The position numbers and the translations under genes are program-made. From NCBI GenBank assembly GCA_022841325.1, contig JALHRS010000008.1, positions 6,890 through 70,889 on the forward strand: 64,000 nt of DNA, written 5' to 3'. This document shows, in pieces, positions 9,494 to 19,205 of the stretch. How positions within the stretch are numbered: position 1 is the first letter of the stretch; each line of letters starts with the position of its first letter. Source of the DNA: Lysobacterales bacterium. Lineage in GTDB: Bacteria > Pseudomonadota > Gammaproteobacteria > Xanthomonadales > SZUA-5. The notes under the pieces are model-generated. The model worked only from the letters and a program-made list of their open reading frames with translations. It was not told where the DNA came from and did no database searches.

Positions 9494-9641
9494 GTAGAGC
9501 GGAGCTTGCTCCGCTGCTTTTGCTGGGCTTGTGCTTTTGGCTCTTCTCGCCACCGTGAAAAGCTGCACGCCCTGCCGAGCAAGCTCGGCACTACCAAAGC
9601 CTCGCACACCCATGCTTTGGTAGAGCGGAGCTTGCTCCGCT
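9494..9641. repeat. Cluster of three GTAG-type REP palindromes (forward, reverse, forward)
   Basis: GTAGAGCGGAGCTTGCTCCGCT at 9494-9515 and 9620-9641; inverted variant TGCCGAGCAAGCTCGGCACTAC at 9573-9594. Confidence 0.85.
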
Positions 9642-9742
9642 GCTTCTGCCGGGCTTTTGTTCTGACCTTTCGCAGCGCCCCAACAGTTGCCTTCCCCCGC
9701 ATCCCATCGCAACATGTGGGCAGTCGAACAGCGGTCAGACCC

Positions 9743-10063
9743 ATGAGCAGCGAAACCCGATCCGCACGCATCGCCAGCTTTGCCGAGTTCTATCCCTACT
9801 ACCTGGGCGAGCACAGCAATCTCATCTGCAGACGCCTGCATTTCATCGGCAGCACCGGGGTGCTGGCGCTGCTCGGCTGGGCCATCTACAGCGGCAATCC
9901 CTGGTGGTTGCTGGGCATGCCGCTGATGGGCTACGGCTTTGCCTGGGTCGGTCATTTCTTCTTCGAAAAGAACAGGCCGGCAACCTTCACCTATCCGCTG
10001 TGGAGCCTGATCGGCGACTGGGTGATGTACAAGGACATCCTGACCGGCAAGATCCGGTTCTAG
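9743..10063 (+). CDS. DUF962 / Mpo1-like membrane protein
   Basis: SFAEFYPYYLGEHSN..CRRLHFIG, GYGFAWVGHFFFEKNRPATF.YP.WSL.GD; start at ATG 9743 (the upstream ORF extension is REP DNA). Confidence 0.9.
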   Translation: MSSETRSARIASFAEFYPYYLGEHSNLICRRLHFIGSTGVLALLGWAIYSGNPWWLLGMPLMGYGFAWVGHFFFEKNRPATFTYPLWSLIGDWVMYKDILTGKIRF

Positions 10064-10068
10064 CGGGC

Positions 10069-10103
10069 GTAGGTCACGTTGGCCGCGCAGCGGGCTACGT
10101 GAC
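10069..10103. repeat. Single REP of the GTAGGTCACGTTG family
   Basis: GTAGGTCACGTTG-GCCGCGCAGCGGG-CTACGTGAC between convergent genes; same family at 31349 and 55482. Confidence 0.8.
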
Positions 10104-10117
10104 TTACACAGAAGCGT

Positions 10118-10867
10118 CTACCGGCGCCAGCGGATCAGCAGCCAGGCGCAGAGTGCGGCAAAGGCGATGGGGATCAGGATGCGCACGCCGCCGGCCATGA
10201 CCCGTGGCAGCAACAGCAGCATCAATGCCACGGCGGCGATGCCGCCGGCCATCAGGAAGCCGCGGCCGATGGAGCCGGTATAGGCCGGATCGGGCGGGGC
10301 AACGATATGGTGGGCGTGGCTGACGATACGGCGCCAGTCCATATCGCGTACCTGCTCGTCCTGCAGCGGCTCGCTGTCGGGTGTCCAGTCGAAGGCGCGG
10401 GCCAGACGCACGATCTGGATGGGGCTCAGTTGCCCGCCATCCACCAGCCAGTCACGCAGGTAGCCATCGGCGCCGCGGCGGGTCTGGTCGTCGCGCCAGG
10501 CATGTACCCGCGACAGCGCGGCGGCGAAGGCGTCGAAGTCCGGCGCCTGACGCACCAGTCCCAGCACCGTGGTGGCCAGCATGTCGGCCGAGGGCAGGGG
10601 CGGATGCTCCGGTCGCAGTGCGGGCAACTGATCCTGGGCCGGTGCGTCGCTGTCCTTCCACGGATCGGGAAATTCGGAGTGATGCAAGTGCGAGGGATCG
10701 CGCTGTTCGGCAATCTCCAGCGCCAGATCGAAGGCACGTTCGATGTGCTTGCGTTGGTCCGGGTCGCTGTCCGGCCCCTGCTGCTCCAGCCAGGATTGTC
10801 GCGCCGCGCGGATCTCCGCGGGCGTGGACTGTTCGGGCAAGCCGATGGTGCTCCAGGGCCAGGACAT
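10118..10867 (-). CDS. Hypothetical membrane protein with a degenerate N-terminal J-domain-like region
   Basis: N-terminus PWSTIGL...EIRAAR...GPDSDP...IERAFDLAL resembles a J-domain with HPD replaced by GPD; two C-terminal TM helices. Confidence 0.6.
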   Translation of the reverse strand: MSWPWSTIGLPEQSTPAEIRAARQSWLEQQGPDSDPDQRKHIERAFDLALEIAEQRDPSHLHHSEFPDPWKDSDAPAQDQLPALRPEHPPLPSADMLATTVLGLVRQAPDFDAFAAALSRVHAWRDDQTRRGADGYLRDWLVDGGQLSPIQIVRLARAFDWTPDSEPLQDEQVRDMDWRRIVSHAHHIVAPPDPAYTGSIGRGFLMAGGIAAVALMLLLLPRVMAGGVRILIPIAFAALCAWLLIRWRR

Positions 10868-10890
10868 GGGTTGTTCGGTCTCCAGGCGGA

Positions 10891-12498
10891 TTACATGCGG
10901 AACACGCCGAAGCGCTCGGCTTCGATGGGCGCGTTCAATGCGGCGGAAATCGCCAGTCCCAGCACCCGGCGGGTGTCGGCCGGATCGATGATGCCATCGT
11001 CCCAGAGACGTGCGCTGGCGTAGTAGGGGTGCCCCTGACGCTCATATTGCTCGCGGATCGGCTGCTTGAAGGTCTCTTCCTCCTCGGCCGACCAGGTCTT
11101 GCCGGCGGCTTCGAAGCCGTCGCGGCGCACCGTCGCCAGCACGCTGGCGGCCTGCTCGCCGCCCATCACGCTGATCCGCGAATTGGGCCACATCCACAGG
11201 AAGCGCGGCTGATAGCCACGACCACACATGGCGTAATTGCCGGCGCCGAAACTGCCGCCGATGATCACCGTGAACTTGGGAACGTGCGAGCAGGCCACGG
11301 CCGTGACCATCTTGGCGCCGTCCTTGGCAATCCCGGCATTCTCGTACTTGCGCCCGACCATGAAGCCGGTGATGTTCTGCAGGAACACCAGCGGAATATT
11401 GCGCTGGTTGCAGAGTTCGATGAAATGCGCGCCCTTGAGCGCACTCTCGGCAAAGAGGATGCCGTTGTTGGCGACAATACCGACCGGATAGCCGTGGATG
11501 TGGGCAAAACCGGTGACCAGGGTCTTGCCGTAGCGGGCCTTGAACTCCTGGAACTCGCTGCCATCGACAATGCGGGCGATGATCTCGCGGATGTCGAAAG
11601 GAATGCGGCTGTCGCGCGGGACGATGCCGTAGAGCTCCTCGGCGGCGTAGCGCGGCGGCTGCGGCTGGCGCAGCGCCAGTGGCATGTCCTTGCGTCGATT
11701 CAGGTGGGCGACGACCTCACGGGCAATGGCCAGGGCGTGGGCGTCGTTCTCGGCAAAATGGTCGGCGACACCGGAGCGGCTGGTATGCACCTCGGCGCCG
11801 CCCAGCGATTCGGCATCGACCACTTCGCCGGTCGCGGCCTTGACCAGCGGCGGACCACCCAGAAAGATGGTGCCCTGCTCGCGCACGATGATGGTCTCGT
11901 CGCTCATCGCCGGCACATAGGCGCCGCCGGCCGTGCACGAGCCCATGACCACGGCGATCTGCGGGATGTTCTTCGCCGACAGTCGCGCCTGGTTGTAGAA
12001 GATGCGGCCGAAGTGCTCGCGGTCGGGGAAGACCTCATCCTGCAGCGGCAGGAAGGCACCGCCGGAATCGACCAGATAGATGCAGGGCAGGGCGTTTTCC
12101 AGCGCCACTTCCTGCGCCCGCAGATGTTTCTTCACGGTCATCGGGAAATAGGTGCCGCCCTTGACCGTGGCGTCGTTGGCGACGATCACCACCTCGGTGC
12201 CGGAGACCCGGCCGATGCCGGTGATGACCCCGGCGCAGGGCGCCTGGCCTTCGTACATGCCGTGGGCCGCCAGCGGCGACAGTTCCAGAAAGGCCGAGCC
12301 CGGATCCAGCAGCGCGCGTATGCGTTCGCGGGGCAGCAACTTGCCGCGTTCGGTGTGCTTGTTGCGGGCCTTCTCGCCCCCGCCCAGCGCCACCTGATGC
12401 AACTGGCTGTGCAGATCCTCGACCAGCGAGCGCATCAGTTCGGCATTCGCGGCGTAGTCGGCAGCGCGGGTGTCGACCTGCGATTCGATGGCTGGCAT
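10891..12498 (-). CDS. 3-methylcrotonyl-CoA carboxylase beta (carboxyltransferase) subunit
   Basis: [60 protein letters not shown]; start ATG 12498. Confidence 0.92.
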   Translation of the reverse strand: MPAIESQVDTRAADYAANAELMRSLVEDLHSQLHQVALGGGEKARNKHTERGKLLPRERIRALLDPGSAFLELSPLAAHGMYEGQAPCAGVITGIGRVSGTEVVIVANDATVKGGTYFPMTVKKHLRAQEVALENALPCIYLVDSGGAFLPLQDEVFPDREHFGRIFYNQARLSAKNIPQIAVVMGSCTAGGAYVPAMSDETIIVREQGTIFLGGPPLVKAATGEVVDAESLGGAEVHTSRSGVADHFAENDAHALAIAREVVAHLNRRKDMPLALRQPQPPRYAAEELYGIVPRDSRIPFDIREIIARIVDGSEFQEFKARYGKTLVTGFAHIHGYPVGIVANNGILFAESALKGAHFIELCNQRNIPLVFLQNITGFMVGRKYENAGIAKDGAKMVTAVACSHVPKFTVIIGGSFGAGNYAMCGRGYQPRFLWMWPNSRISVMGGEQAASVLATVRRDGFEAAGKTWSAEEEETFKQPIREQYERQGHPYYASARLWDDGIIDPADTRRVLGLAISAALNAPIEAERFGVFRM

Positions 12499-12598
12499 GT
12501 AGGGAGTCCTTGCGTTGCGGTCGCTTTGTCGCTGGATTCTAGCCCGCATATTTCATGAGGGAACGCGGATCATCGCGAGGGAGTCCGGGTTCGCCGGG

Positions 12599-12988
12599 CT
12601 AGCCGCGCATGATGCCGACATCGCGCCTGGCCACGGCCATGCCGACGGCGAAACCGGCGATCACATCCACCAGTGCCATCAGAGTCAGCAGCGCAAAGGT
12701 GGCGTTGCCGGCAGCTGGCCACAGCAGGAATTCGAGCAGCAACACAATGAACAGCATCAGCGACAGCATGTGATCGATCAGCGAACCCTGGCCGGTGAAA
12801 GTGGCCTTGAAGACTTCGATGAACAGAGTCGCCAGCGCCATGGCGAGCACCGCCGTACCAGCGCTCAGCTCAAACACGCTGCCGGATGGCAGCGTCAGTG
12901 TCGCCCACGGGTCTGCAACGCCGCTGCCGCCCATGAGCAACACATGCAGCAGGATGGCGGGAATCAACAACAGCGGAATGCTTTTCAT
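12599..12988 (-). CDS. Small multi-TM hypothetical membrane protein
   Basis: Four hydrophobic segments; LFIEVFKAT...SLIDHMLS...LLEFLL pattern. Confidence 0.75.
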   Translation of the reverse strand: MKSIPLLLIPAILLHVLLMGGSGVADPWATLTLPSGSVFELSAGTAVLAMALATLFIEVFKATFTGQGSLIDHMLSLMLFIVLLLEFLLWPAAGNATFALLTLMALVDVIAGFAVGMAVARRDVGIMRG

Positions 12989-13028
12989 GCCAACTCGATG
13001 CCGAGCCCGGGCTGTCCAGCATAGATGA

Positions 13029-13063
13029 GAAAGGTCATGCCCGGCGTTGCGCCGGGCAGACCC
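13029..13063 (-). terminator. Probable intrinsic terminator of the lipoprotein gene
   Basis: TGCCCGGCG-ttg-CGCCGGGCA stem (13038-13058), with a short T-rich tail a few bases downstream on the minus strand. Confidence 0.55.
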
Positions 13064-13079
13064 GAGTAAAGCGAAGGGG

Positions 13080-13457
13080 TTACTGGCCCGAGGGCTTGTC
13101 GCCTTCCTTCATCTCTTCCTTCACTTCGTCGACCTTTGCGCCAGCGGCGTCGGCAGCAGCAGCGGCGGCCGCAGTGGCCTCGTCGGCGGCGGCCGTGGCG
13201 GCGTCGGTTGCAGCAGTGGCAGCATCGGTTGCGGCAGTGGCAGCATCGCTGGCGGCGGCCGCCATGTCGTCGGCAGCAGCGTCTGCGGCCTTGGCGGCAT
13301 CAGTCATCGCGGCGGCGGCGTCCTGCGCCGGCGTCGCCGGTGCTGCCTGCTGGGTGGCAGGCTGCGCTGGCGGTTCGTTGGTGTTGCTGCCCTGGTCACC
13401 GCAGGCGGCCAGCAGTGCGAGCGACGCGGAAACGGCCGCGAGCTTGAAGAACTTCAT
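13080..13457 (-). CDS. Ala/Asp/Thr-rich low-complexity lipoprotein
   Basis: MKFFKLAAVSASLALLAAC lipobox; repeated AATDAATA units; AAGGA SD upstream of ATG 13457. Confidence 0.8.
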   Translation of the reverse strand: MKFFKLAAVSASLALLAACGDQGSNTNEPPAQPATQQAAPATPAQDAAAAMTDAAKAADAAADDMAAAASDAATAATDAATAATDAATAAADEATAAAAAAADAAGAKVDEVKEEMKEGDKPSGQ

Positions 13458-13610
13458 AAAGTCCATCCTTGAATCAGATTGAGGGAACCCGTCGAAGACG
13501 AGTGACCGAAGTGGCTTCGGCGGTGGCCATTCTAGCTTGACTGCATGCTTTTGACACACGGTGGCCAGTGCCGTTGGTCACGACGGCCGGGGCTGCAACG
13601 TCGGATCAGA

Positions 13611-13638
13611 CCGCAAACCCCCGGGCGGGGGTCTGCGG
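13611..13638 (-). terminator. GC-rich hairpin downstream of the thiolase
   Basis: CCGCAAACCCCC-gggc-GGGGGTCTGCGG; weak U-tail. Confidence 0.4.
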
Positions 13639-13647
13639 ACCTCGGCA

Positions 13648-14829
13648 TCAGATGATCTCGATGGCAACCGCGGTTGCTTCGCCGCCGCCGATACAGAGCG
13701 TAGCCACGCCGCGCTTGCCGCCGCGGCGTTGCAGGGCGTGCAGCAGGGTCACCAGCAGGCGCGCGCCACTGGCACCGATGGGATGGCCGAGCGCGCAGGC
13801 ACCGCCGTTGACATTGACCTTGGCCGGATCCAGTCCCAGTTCACGGATGGGCGCCATCGCGACCACGGCAAAGGCCTCGTTGATCTCGAACAGATCGACC
13901 TGATCGTGGCTCCAGCCGGCCTTGGCCAGCACCTTGGTGATGGCCTGCACCGGGGCGGTGGTGAACCACTCGGGTTCCTGCGAGTGGGTGGCATGGGCCA
14001 CAACCCGCGCCAGCGGCTTCAATCCGCGGGCAGCGGCCGCCTCGGCGCTGGTCAGCACCAGGGCTGCGGCGCCGTCTGAAATCTTGGAGGAACTGGCGGC
14101 CGTGACGGTGCCGTCTTTCCTGAAGGCCGGGCGCAGGCTCGGAATCTTGTCGATATTGCAGGCGGGCGGCTCTTCGTCGGCCGTGACCACGACATCGCCC
14201 TTGCGACCGGCGACCGTCACCGGCGTGATCTCATCGGCGAAATCGCCGTTGGCCTGGGCGGCCAGTGCGCGTCGCACCGATTCCGCTGAATAGGCGTCCT
14301 GCTCCTCGCGGGTGAAGCTGTACTTGCCGGCACAGAGCTCGGCGAATTCGCCCATCGCCTTGCGGTCGGCGGCATTCTGCAGGCCGTCCAGTGCCATGTG
14401 GTCCAGCACTTCCGAGTGGCCGAAGCGATAGCCGAATCGAGCCTTCTGCAGCAGGTACGGGGCGTTGGTCATCGATTCCATGCCGCCGGCGACGACGATC
14501 TCGGCCGAACCGGCCTTGATGGCGTCGTGGCCGATCATCAGCGCCTTCATCCCGGAACCGCAGACCTTGTTCAGGGTGGTGCAGCCAGTGCTGGCGGGTA
14601 TGCCCGCCTGCAACGCGGCCTGGCGCGCCGGTGCCTGACCGAGCCCGGCGGGCAGCACGCAACCCATCAGCACTTCGGACACATCGGCGGGATTGACAGC
14701 GGCGGCTTCCAGCGCTGCCTTGATGGCGGCTGCAGCCAGTGTGGGCGAAGGCACGCCGGCAAAGACACCGTTGAAGGAGCCGATGGCAGTGCGCCTGGCA
14801 CTGACGATGACTACATTGGACGAACTCAT
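13648..14829 (-). CDS. Acetyl-CoA C-acyltransferase (thiolase)
   Basis: NKVCGSG (catalytic Cys), [26 protein letters not shown]. Confidence 0.95.
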   Translation of the reverse strand: MSSSNVVIVSARRTAIGSFNGVFAGVPSPTLAAAAIKAALEAAAVNPADVSEVLMGCVLPAGLGQAPARQAALQAGIPASTGCTTLNKVCGSGMKALMIGHDAIKAGSAEIVVAGGMESMTNAPYLLQKARFGYRFGHSEVLDHMALDGLQNAADRKAMGEFAELCAGKYSFTREEQDAYSAESVRRALAAQANGDFADEITPVTVAGRKGDVVVTADEEPPACNIDKIPSLRPAFRKDGTVTAASSSKISDGAAALVLTSAEAAAARGLKPLARVVAHATHSQEPEWFTTAPVQAITKVLAKAGWSHDQVDLFEINEAFAVVAMAPIRELGLDPAKVNVNGGACALGHPIGASGARLLVTLLHALQRRGGKRGVATLCIGGGEATAVAIEII

Positions 14830-14966
14830 GCTTGACCTCTGACTTCGGCCCGCGCGCAGGCGGAGGGGGCAGCATTATGGCAGTGCAGCATGGTTTTGAC
14901 TCTCGGCCCTTCTGCGACAGTTTGCGAATCACTCTCGCCGCGGACGTCGCTCTGCGCTAGGCTGCA

Positions 14967-17900
14967 GTGATGGGGGAGTCGCGGCCATTCAGGCGACAAA
15001 GCTCACGCTGGGTGCGCAGCCCGGCGCAGTGTTTCCACGCGTTCGCTTTCGCGCTGCTGCTGGTGTCTGCTGCGCTGCAGACGGCGAGTGCCGCCAGCGG
15101 TGCCTCGGTACGCTTCCGCCACCTGGGCGTGGAGCAGGGCCTGTCGCAGGTCTCGGCGACCGACATCCTCGAAGACCGCAACGGCTTTCTGTGGGTGGGT
15201 ACCCAGGATGGGTTGAACCGCTATGACGGCTACCGATTTCAGATCTTTCGCCATCAAAGTGCCAATCCCGATTCGCTGATCGACAACTATGTGCTGTCGC
15301 TGGCGGAGGGCAAGGACGGCAGTCTCTGGGTGGGAACCCTGAACGGGCTCGATCGGCTCGATCCGTTGACCGGGCGGTTCCACCATTACCTGGCCGGTGA
15401 TGCGCCAGGCGATCTGCGCGATTCGCTGGTGACCGATGTGTCGGTGGGCACCGATGGCAGCGTGCTGGTCTCTACCCGGCGCGGCGGCATCCAGCGTCTG
15501 GATGTCGCCACCGGGCACTTTCTGGCGGTGCCGGAGCTGCCGGCCTTCGAACTGCGCCAGCGTGTGCTGCTGGTGCGCCAGGATGGGGTGGTGCTGCTCA
15601 GCAACGACCGCTCGGTGCTGGAGTGGAACCCGGTCAGCGCCAGCATCAGGGAACTGGCGCTGGAAGGGGCCGGTGTGATCGGCGGTGTGCTCGCTGCCAG
15701 CGTGTCGCCGGACGGCGGCTATGCGCTGGGCACCGTGGGCGAGGGCGTGTTGCTGACCGATGGCGATGGTCGGGTGCTGCGACGCCTGAGGGCCGACGAT
15801 GACCCCGCCCAGCTTCCGGACAACGCTATCCGGGTATTGCATTACGATCCTCGCAAGCGTCTGTGGATAGGGACGGCGCAGGGCCTCGCCCGGGTCGATC
15901 CGGAAGCTTCGACCGCAATCTGGCGTTACCGGGGGGCGGACCCCACGGCCCTGCCGGGGGATCGCGTGGTGGCCTTGCATGAGGGGCACGATGGCTTGCT
16001 CTGGGTGGGTACCTGGACCGGCGGTCTGGCACGCTTCGATCCGGTCACCGAGGAATTCCGGCTGTTGGCGCAAACCACCGCCGACGGCGAAGGCTTGCCG
16101 GCCAATGCGGTATCGGCGGTAGCGGCCGATCCGGGCGGTTCCCTGTGGTTGGGGATGGTGGATCGCGGCGGTGTGGTCGAACTCAGTGCTGAAGGCCAGA
16201 TCCTGCGCCGGCTCAACAGCCATTCGGAAGAAGTCTGGCGCCTGAGTTCCGACGACGTCTCCGGACTGCTGGCGGTGCCCGAGGGGCTCTGGGTCGGCTA
16301 CATCCGCGGCGGCCTCGATTTCTTCGGCCGCCAGGGGCTGCAGCGTCGTTTCCTGCCGGGCGACGCGCCCGAAGCCCTCAATGGCACCTCCGTGCAAGGG
16401 CTGGCGGTGGATCAGGCGGGCACGCTGTGGATAGGCTCGCTGGGCGGCGGCGTTTATTCGCTCTGTGGTGGATGCACGGAGCCGAAGCAATGGCAGGTTG
16501 ACGCCAGCGGCCAGACCGGACCGGTGGGCAGTTCGGTCAACCAGATCATGGTTGCACGAAACGGTTTTGTCTGGTTTGCCATCCGCCGCGGCGGCCTGTC
16601 CTGGTATGAACCGGACAGCGGTCGCTGGGGCGGGTTGACCACCGCCAGGGATGGCAAGCTCGGATTGCCCGGGGAAAACGTCACCAGCGTGTTCGAAGAC
16701 GCGACAGGCGTGCTCTGGGTGGGCACCCAGGGTGCCGGCATCAGCCGCATCGAGCTCGATGCCGGGGGCCGCCCGCAGTCGCTGCAGAATTATTCCGAGA
16801 CCGAAGGTCTGGCATCGGCCATGGTCGGGGCCTTTCTCGGCGCTGCGGATGGCAGTGTGTGGGTCAGTACCACCCGCGGTCTGTGCCGGATCACCACCAT
16901 CGAGGTCGTGTTCGAGTGCTTCGGCGATCGCGATCCGATCCTCGGCACCGATTTCTTCGTGGCATCGGCGGCCACCGACACTCGTGGCGGCCTGCACTTC
17001 GGCAGTTCGCGCGGACTGGTCAGCATCGCCAATCCGACCACGGTGCAGTTTCCGGCCGGCGACGCGCCGGTGGTGCTGACCGAATTGCGCGTCGGCAATC
17101 GGCCGATGTTCGCGGGTGAGCCCAACTCGCCGCTGGATCGCCCGATAGAAAATGCCGAGAGTCTGCGTTTGCGCCACGACCAGGACCTGCTGGCTATCGA
17201 ATTTGCCGCACTGGACTTCCGGCGCTCGGCCTCGCTGCAGTATCGCTACCGGTTGCAGGGTCGCGGCAAGGACTGGATCGGTACCGATGCCACCCGGCGC
17301 ATTGCCACCTTCACGGGCTTGCCCTTCGGCAACTATCGGTTCGAAGTCGAGGCTCTGGATGGGACAGCCGTCGTCGGTCGTCGCGAATTGGCCATCGAGG
17401 TGCTGCCCCCGCCCTGGCTGACCCCGGCGGCACGGCTGGGCTATGCACTGTTGCTGGGTGCACTGATTGCACTGGCGGGCTGGCGTTTCCGCGTGCGCAT
17501 GCGCGAGCGCGAACAGGTCCAGGACACGCTGGCCCAGAGCGAGGCGATGCTCAAGTACTCGCTGTGGGGCAGTCGCGGCGAACTCTGGGATGCCGATCTG
17601 GTCTCCGGCCGGATGATCCGGCGCAATCGGCTTGAGCATCTGGCCGTGACCCGCGAGGCCAGCAGCGACAGCCTGGAAGCCTATGCGCCCTTTGTCCATG
17701 AGGACGACCGGCCCAGATTCAATGCGGCCATGGTCGCCAGCATGAAGGGCTCGGCCGATCTGTTCGAGTGCAGCTACCGCAGCCGCGACATCGATGGTCA
17801 GTGGCGCTGGCTGCTGTCACGTGGCCGGGTGTTCTCCCGGGACGCCATGGGCCGGGCCACACGCATGGTCGGCACCACCTTCGACATCACCGAATTGCGC

Positions 17901-19205
17901 GCCAATGAAGATGCCCTGCGCAAGTCGGAAGACCGGCTGAATCTGGCGCTGTGGAGCAGCGGCGACGAGATGTGGGATATCGATCTGGTCGGTGGTGTGG
18001 TCCGTCGGGAAAATCCGCTGGCGGTGGTTGCGCTGTCACCGGAGACCCAGTTCGCGTCCCTGCAGGACTACATGAAGCACGTCCATCCCTCGGATCAGGA
18101 GCGACTGCGCAACGCCCTGATCACGCACCTGAAGGGAGATGTCGACCATTTCGAGTGCGGCTACCGGGTGATGGCTGCGAACGGTGGCTGGCTGTGGGTG
18201 CTGGGCAAGGGTCGCGTGCGCGCCCGGGATGAACAGGGTCGGGCCACGCGTCTGGTCGGCACCAACCGTGACATCACCCAGCTCAAGCAGGTCGAGGAAG
18301 ATCTGCGCCGGCTCAACGAGGAACTCGAAGAGCGCGTCTGCAAGCGCACCGAGGCGCTGGAGCAGAGTAACACCGATCTCAAGCGCACCCTGGATCAACT
18401 GACCCGGGCGCAGCGCCAGCTGGTGGAGTCGGAAAAGCTGGCGGCGCTGGGTGGTCTGGTGGCGGGCGTGGCCCACGAGATCAACACGCCACTGGGTGTG
18501 GGTGTCACCGCGGCCTCGCATCTGCAACAGGAGACCGAGAGTCTGGCGCGTCTGATGGCGGACTCGCGCATGACCCGCGCCGATCTGGACCACTTCATCG
18601 AGCAGGCTCGGTTGAGCAGCGATCTGGTGTTGCGTAACCTGGATCGCGCCAGTCATCTGGTCAAGAGCTTCAAGCAGGTGGCGGTCGATCAATCCAGCGA
18701 ACAGCGTCGGGTCATCAATGCCCGCGACTATCTGGGTGAAATCCTGTTGTCCCTGCACCCGCGGATCAAGAAGACCCGGGCCAAGGTCGAGATCCAGTGT
18801 CCGGATGATCTGACCATGGATACCTATCCCGGTGCGCTCTACCAGATCGTCGTCAATCTGGTGATGAATTCCCTGGTGCATGCCTTCGATGAAGACGCCG
18901 ACGGGCAGATCCGGATCGAAGTCCAGAAGCAGGACGACATGGTGTCGCTCGAATACCGGGACAATGGCAAGGGCATGCCCGAGGACATCCGTCGGCGCAT
19001 CTTCGAGCCCTTCTTCACCACGCGCCGGGGCAGCGGCGGCAGTGGCCTCGGCTTGCACATCGTCTACAACCTGGCCACCCAGATCCTGCGCGGCACAGTC
19101 AGCTGTGACAGCGAGCTGGGGCAGGGCACCGGTTTCCGCTTCCTGATACCCAGAATCGCCCCAGCCGTGGCAGATGGCGGCGACGGCAAGAGGGTCGGCG
19201 GATGA
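14967..19205 (+). CDS. Membrane sensor histidine kinase: periplasmic Reg_prop beta-propellers + Y_Y_Y, TM, two PAS domains, HisKA, HATPase
   Basis: Repeated LWVGT..GL blades, YRYRL..Y.FEV, two PAS (VHEDD/VHPSD...WRW), H-box GVAHEINTPLG, RDNGKG, FFTT, GSGLGL. Confidence 0.92.
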   Translation: MMGESRPFRRQSSRWVRSPAQCFHAFAFALLLVSAALQTASAASGASVRFRHLGVEQGLSQVSATDILEDRNGFLWVGTQDGLNRYDGYRFQIFRHQSANPDSLIDNYVLSLAEGKDGSLWVGTLNGLDRLDPLTGRFHHYLAGDAPGDLRDSLVTDVSVGTDGSVLVSTRRGGIQRLDVATGHFLAVPELPAFELRQRVLLVRQDGVVLLSNDRSVLEWNPVSASIRELALEGAGVIGGVLAASVSPDGGYALGTVGEGVLLTDGDGRVLRRLRADDDPAQLPDNAIRVLHYDPRKRLWIGTAQGLARVDPEASTAIWRYRGADPTALPGDRVVALHEGHDGLLWVGTWTGGLARFDPVTEEFRLLAQTTADGEGLPANAVSAVAADPGGSLWLGMVDRGGVVELSAEGQILRRLNSHSEEVWRLSSDDVSGLLAVPEGLWVGYIRGGLDFFGRQGLQRRFLPGDAPEALNGTSVQGLAVDQAGTLWIGSLGGGVYSLCGGCTEPKQWQVDASGQTGPVGSSVNQIMVARNGFVWFAIRRGGLSWYEPDSGRWGGLTTARDGKLGLPGENVTSVFEDATGVLWVGTQGAGISRIELDAGGRPQSLQNYSETEGLASAMVGAFLGAADGSVWVSTTRGLCRITTIEVVFECFGDRDPILGTDFFVASAATDTRGGLHFGSSRGLVSIANPTTVQFPAGDAPVVLTELRVGNRPMFAGEPNSPLDRPIENAESLRLRHDQDLLAIEFAALDFRRSASLQYRYRLQGRGKDWIGTDATRRIATFTGLPFGNYRFEVEALDGTAVVGRRELAIEVLPPPWLTPAARLGYALLLGALIALAGWRFRVRMREREQVQDTLAQSEAMLKYSLWGSRGELWDADLVSGRMIRRNRLEHLAVTREASSDSLEAYAPFVHEDDRPRFNAAMVASMKGSADLFECSYRSRDIDGQWRWLLSRGRVFSRDAMGRATRMVGTTFDITELRANEDALRKSEDRLNLALWSSGDEMWDIDLVGGVVRRENPLAVVALSPETQFASLQDYMKHVHPSDQERLRNALITHLKGDVDHFECGYRVMAANGGWLWVLGKGRVRARDEQGRATRLVGTNRDITQLKQVEEDLRRLNEELEERVCKRTEALEQSNTDLKRTLDQLTRAQRQLVESEKLAALGGLVAGVAHEINTPLGVGVTAASHLQQETESLARLMADSRMTRADLDHFIEQARLSSDLVLRNLDRASHLVKSFKQVAVDQSSEQRRVINARDYLGEILLSLHPRIKKTRAKVEIQCPDDLTMDTYPGALYQIVVNLVMNSLVHAFDEDADGQIRIEVQKQDDMVSLEYRDNGKGMPEDIRRRIFEPFFTTRRGSGGSGLGLHIVYNLATQILRGTVSCDSELGQGTGFRFLIPRIAPAVADGGDGKRVGG

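Noticed and set aside
9494-9641. Possible mini-CRISPR (direct repeats with intervening sequence)
   Set aside because: Only two 22-bp direct copies 126 bp apart with an inverted copy between them; GTAG REP structure; no cas genes
9458-9742. N-terminal extension of the DUF962 ORF with a repeated ALVERSLLRCFC peptide
   Set aside because: It is the translation of REP palindromes, not a protein repeat
15003-17699. 898-aa minus-strand ORF (likewise 10381-12558, 41777-43723, 53553-55616 and similar)
   Set aside because: Antisense shadows of well-supported genes in high-GC DNA; no recognisable motifs
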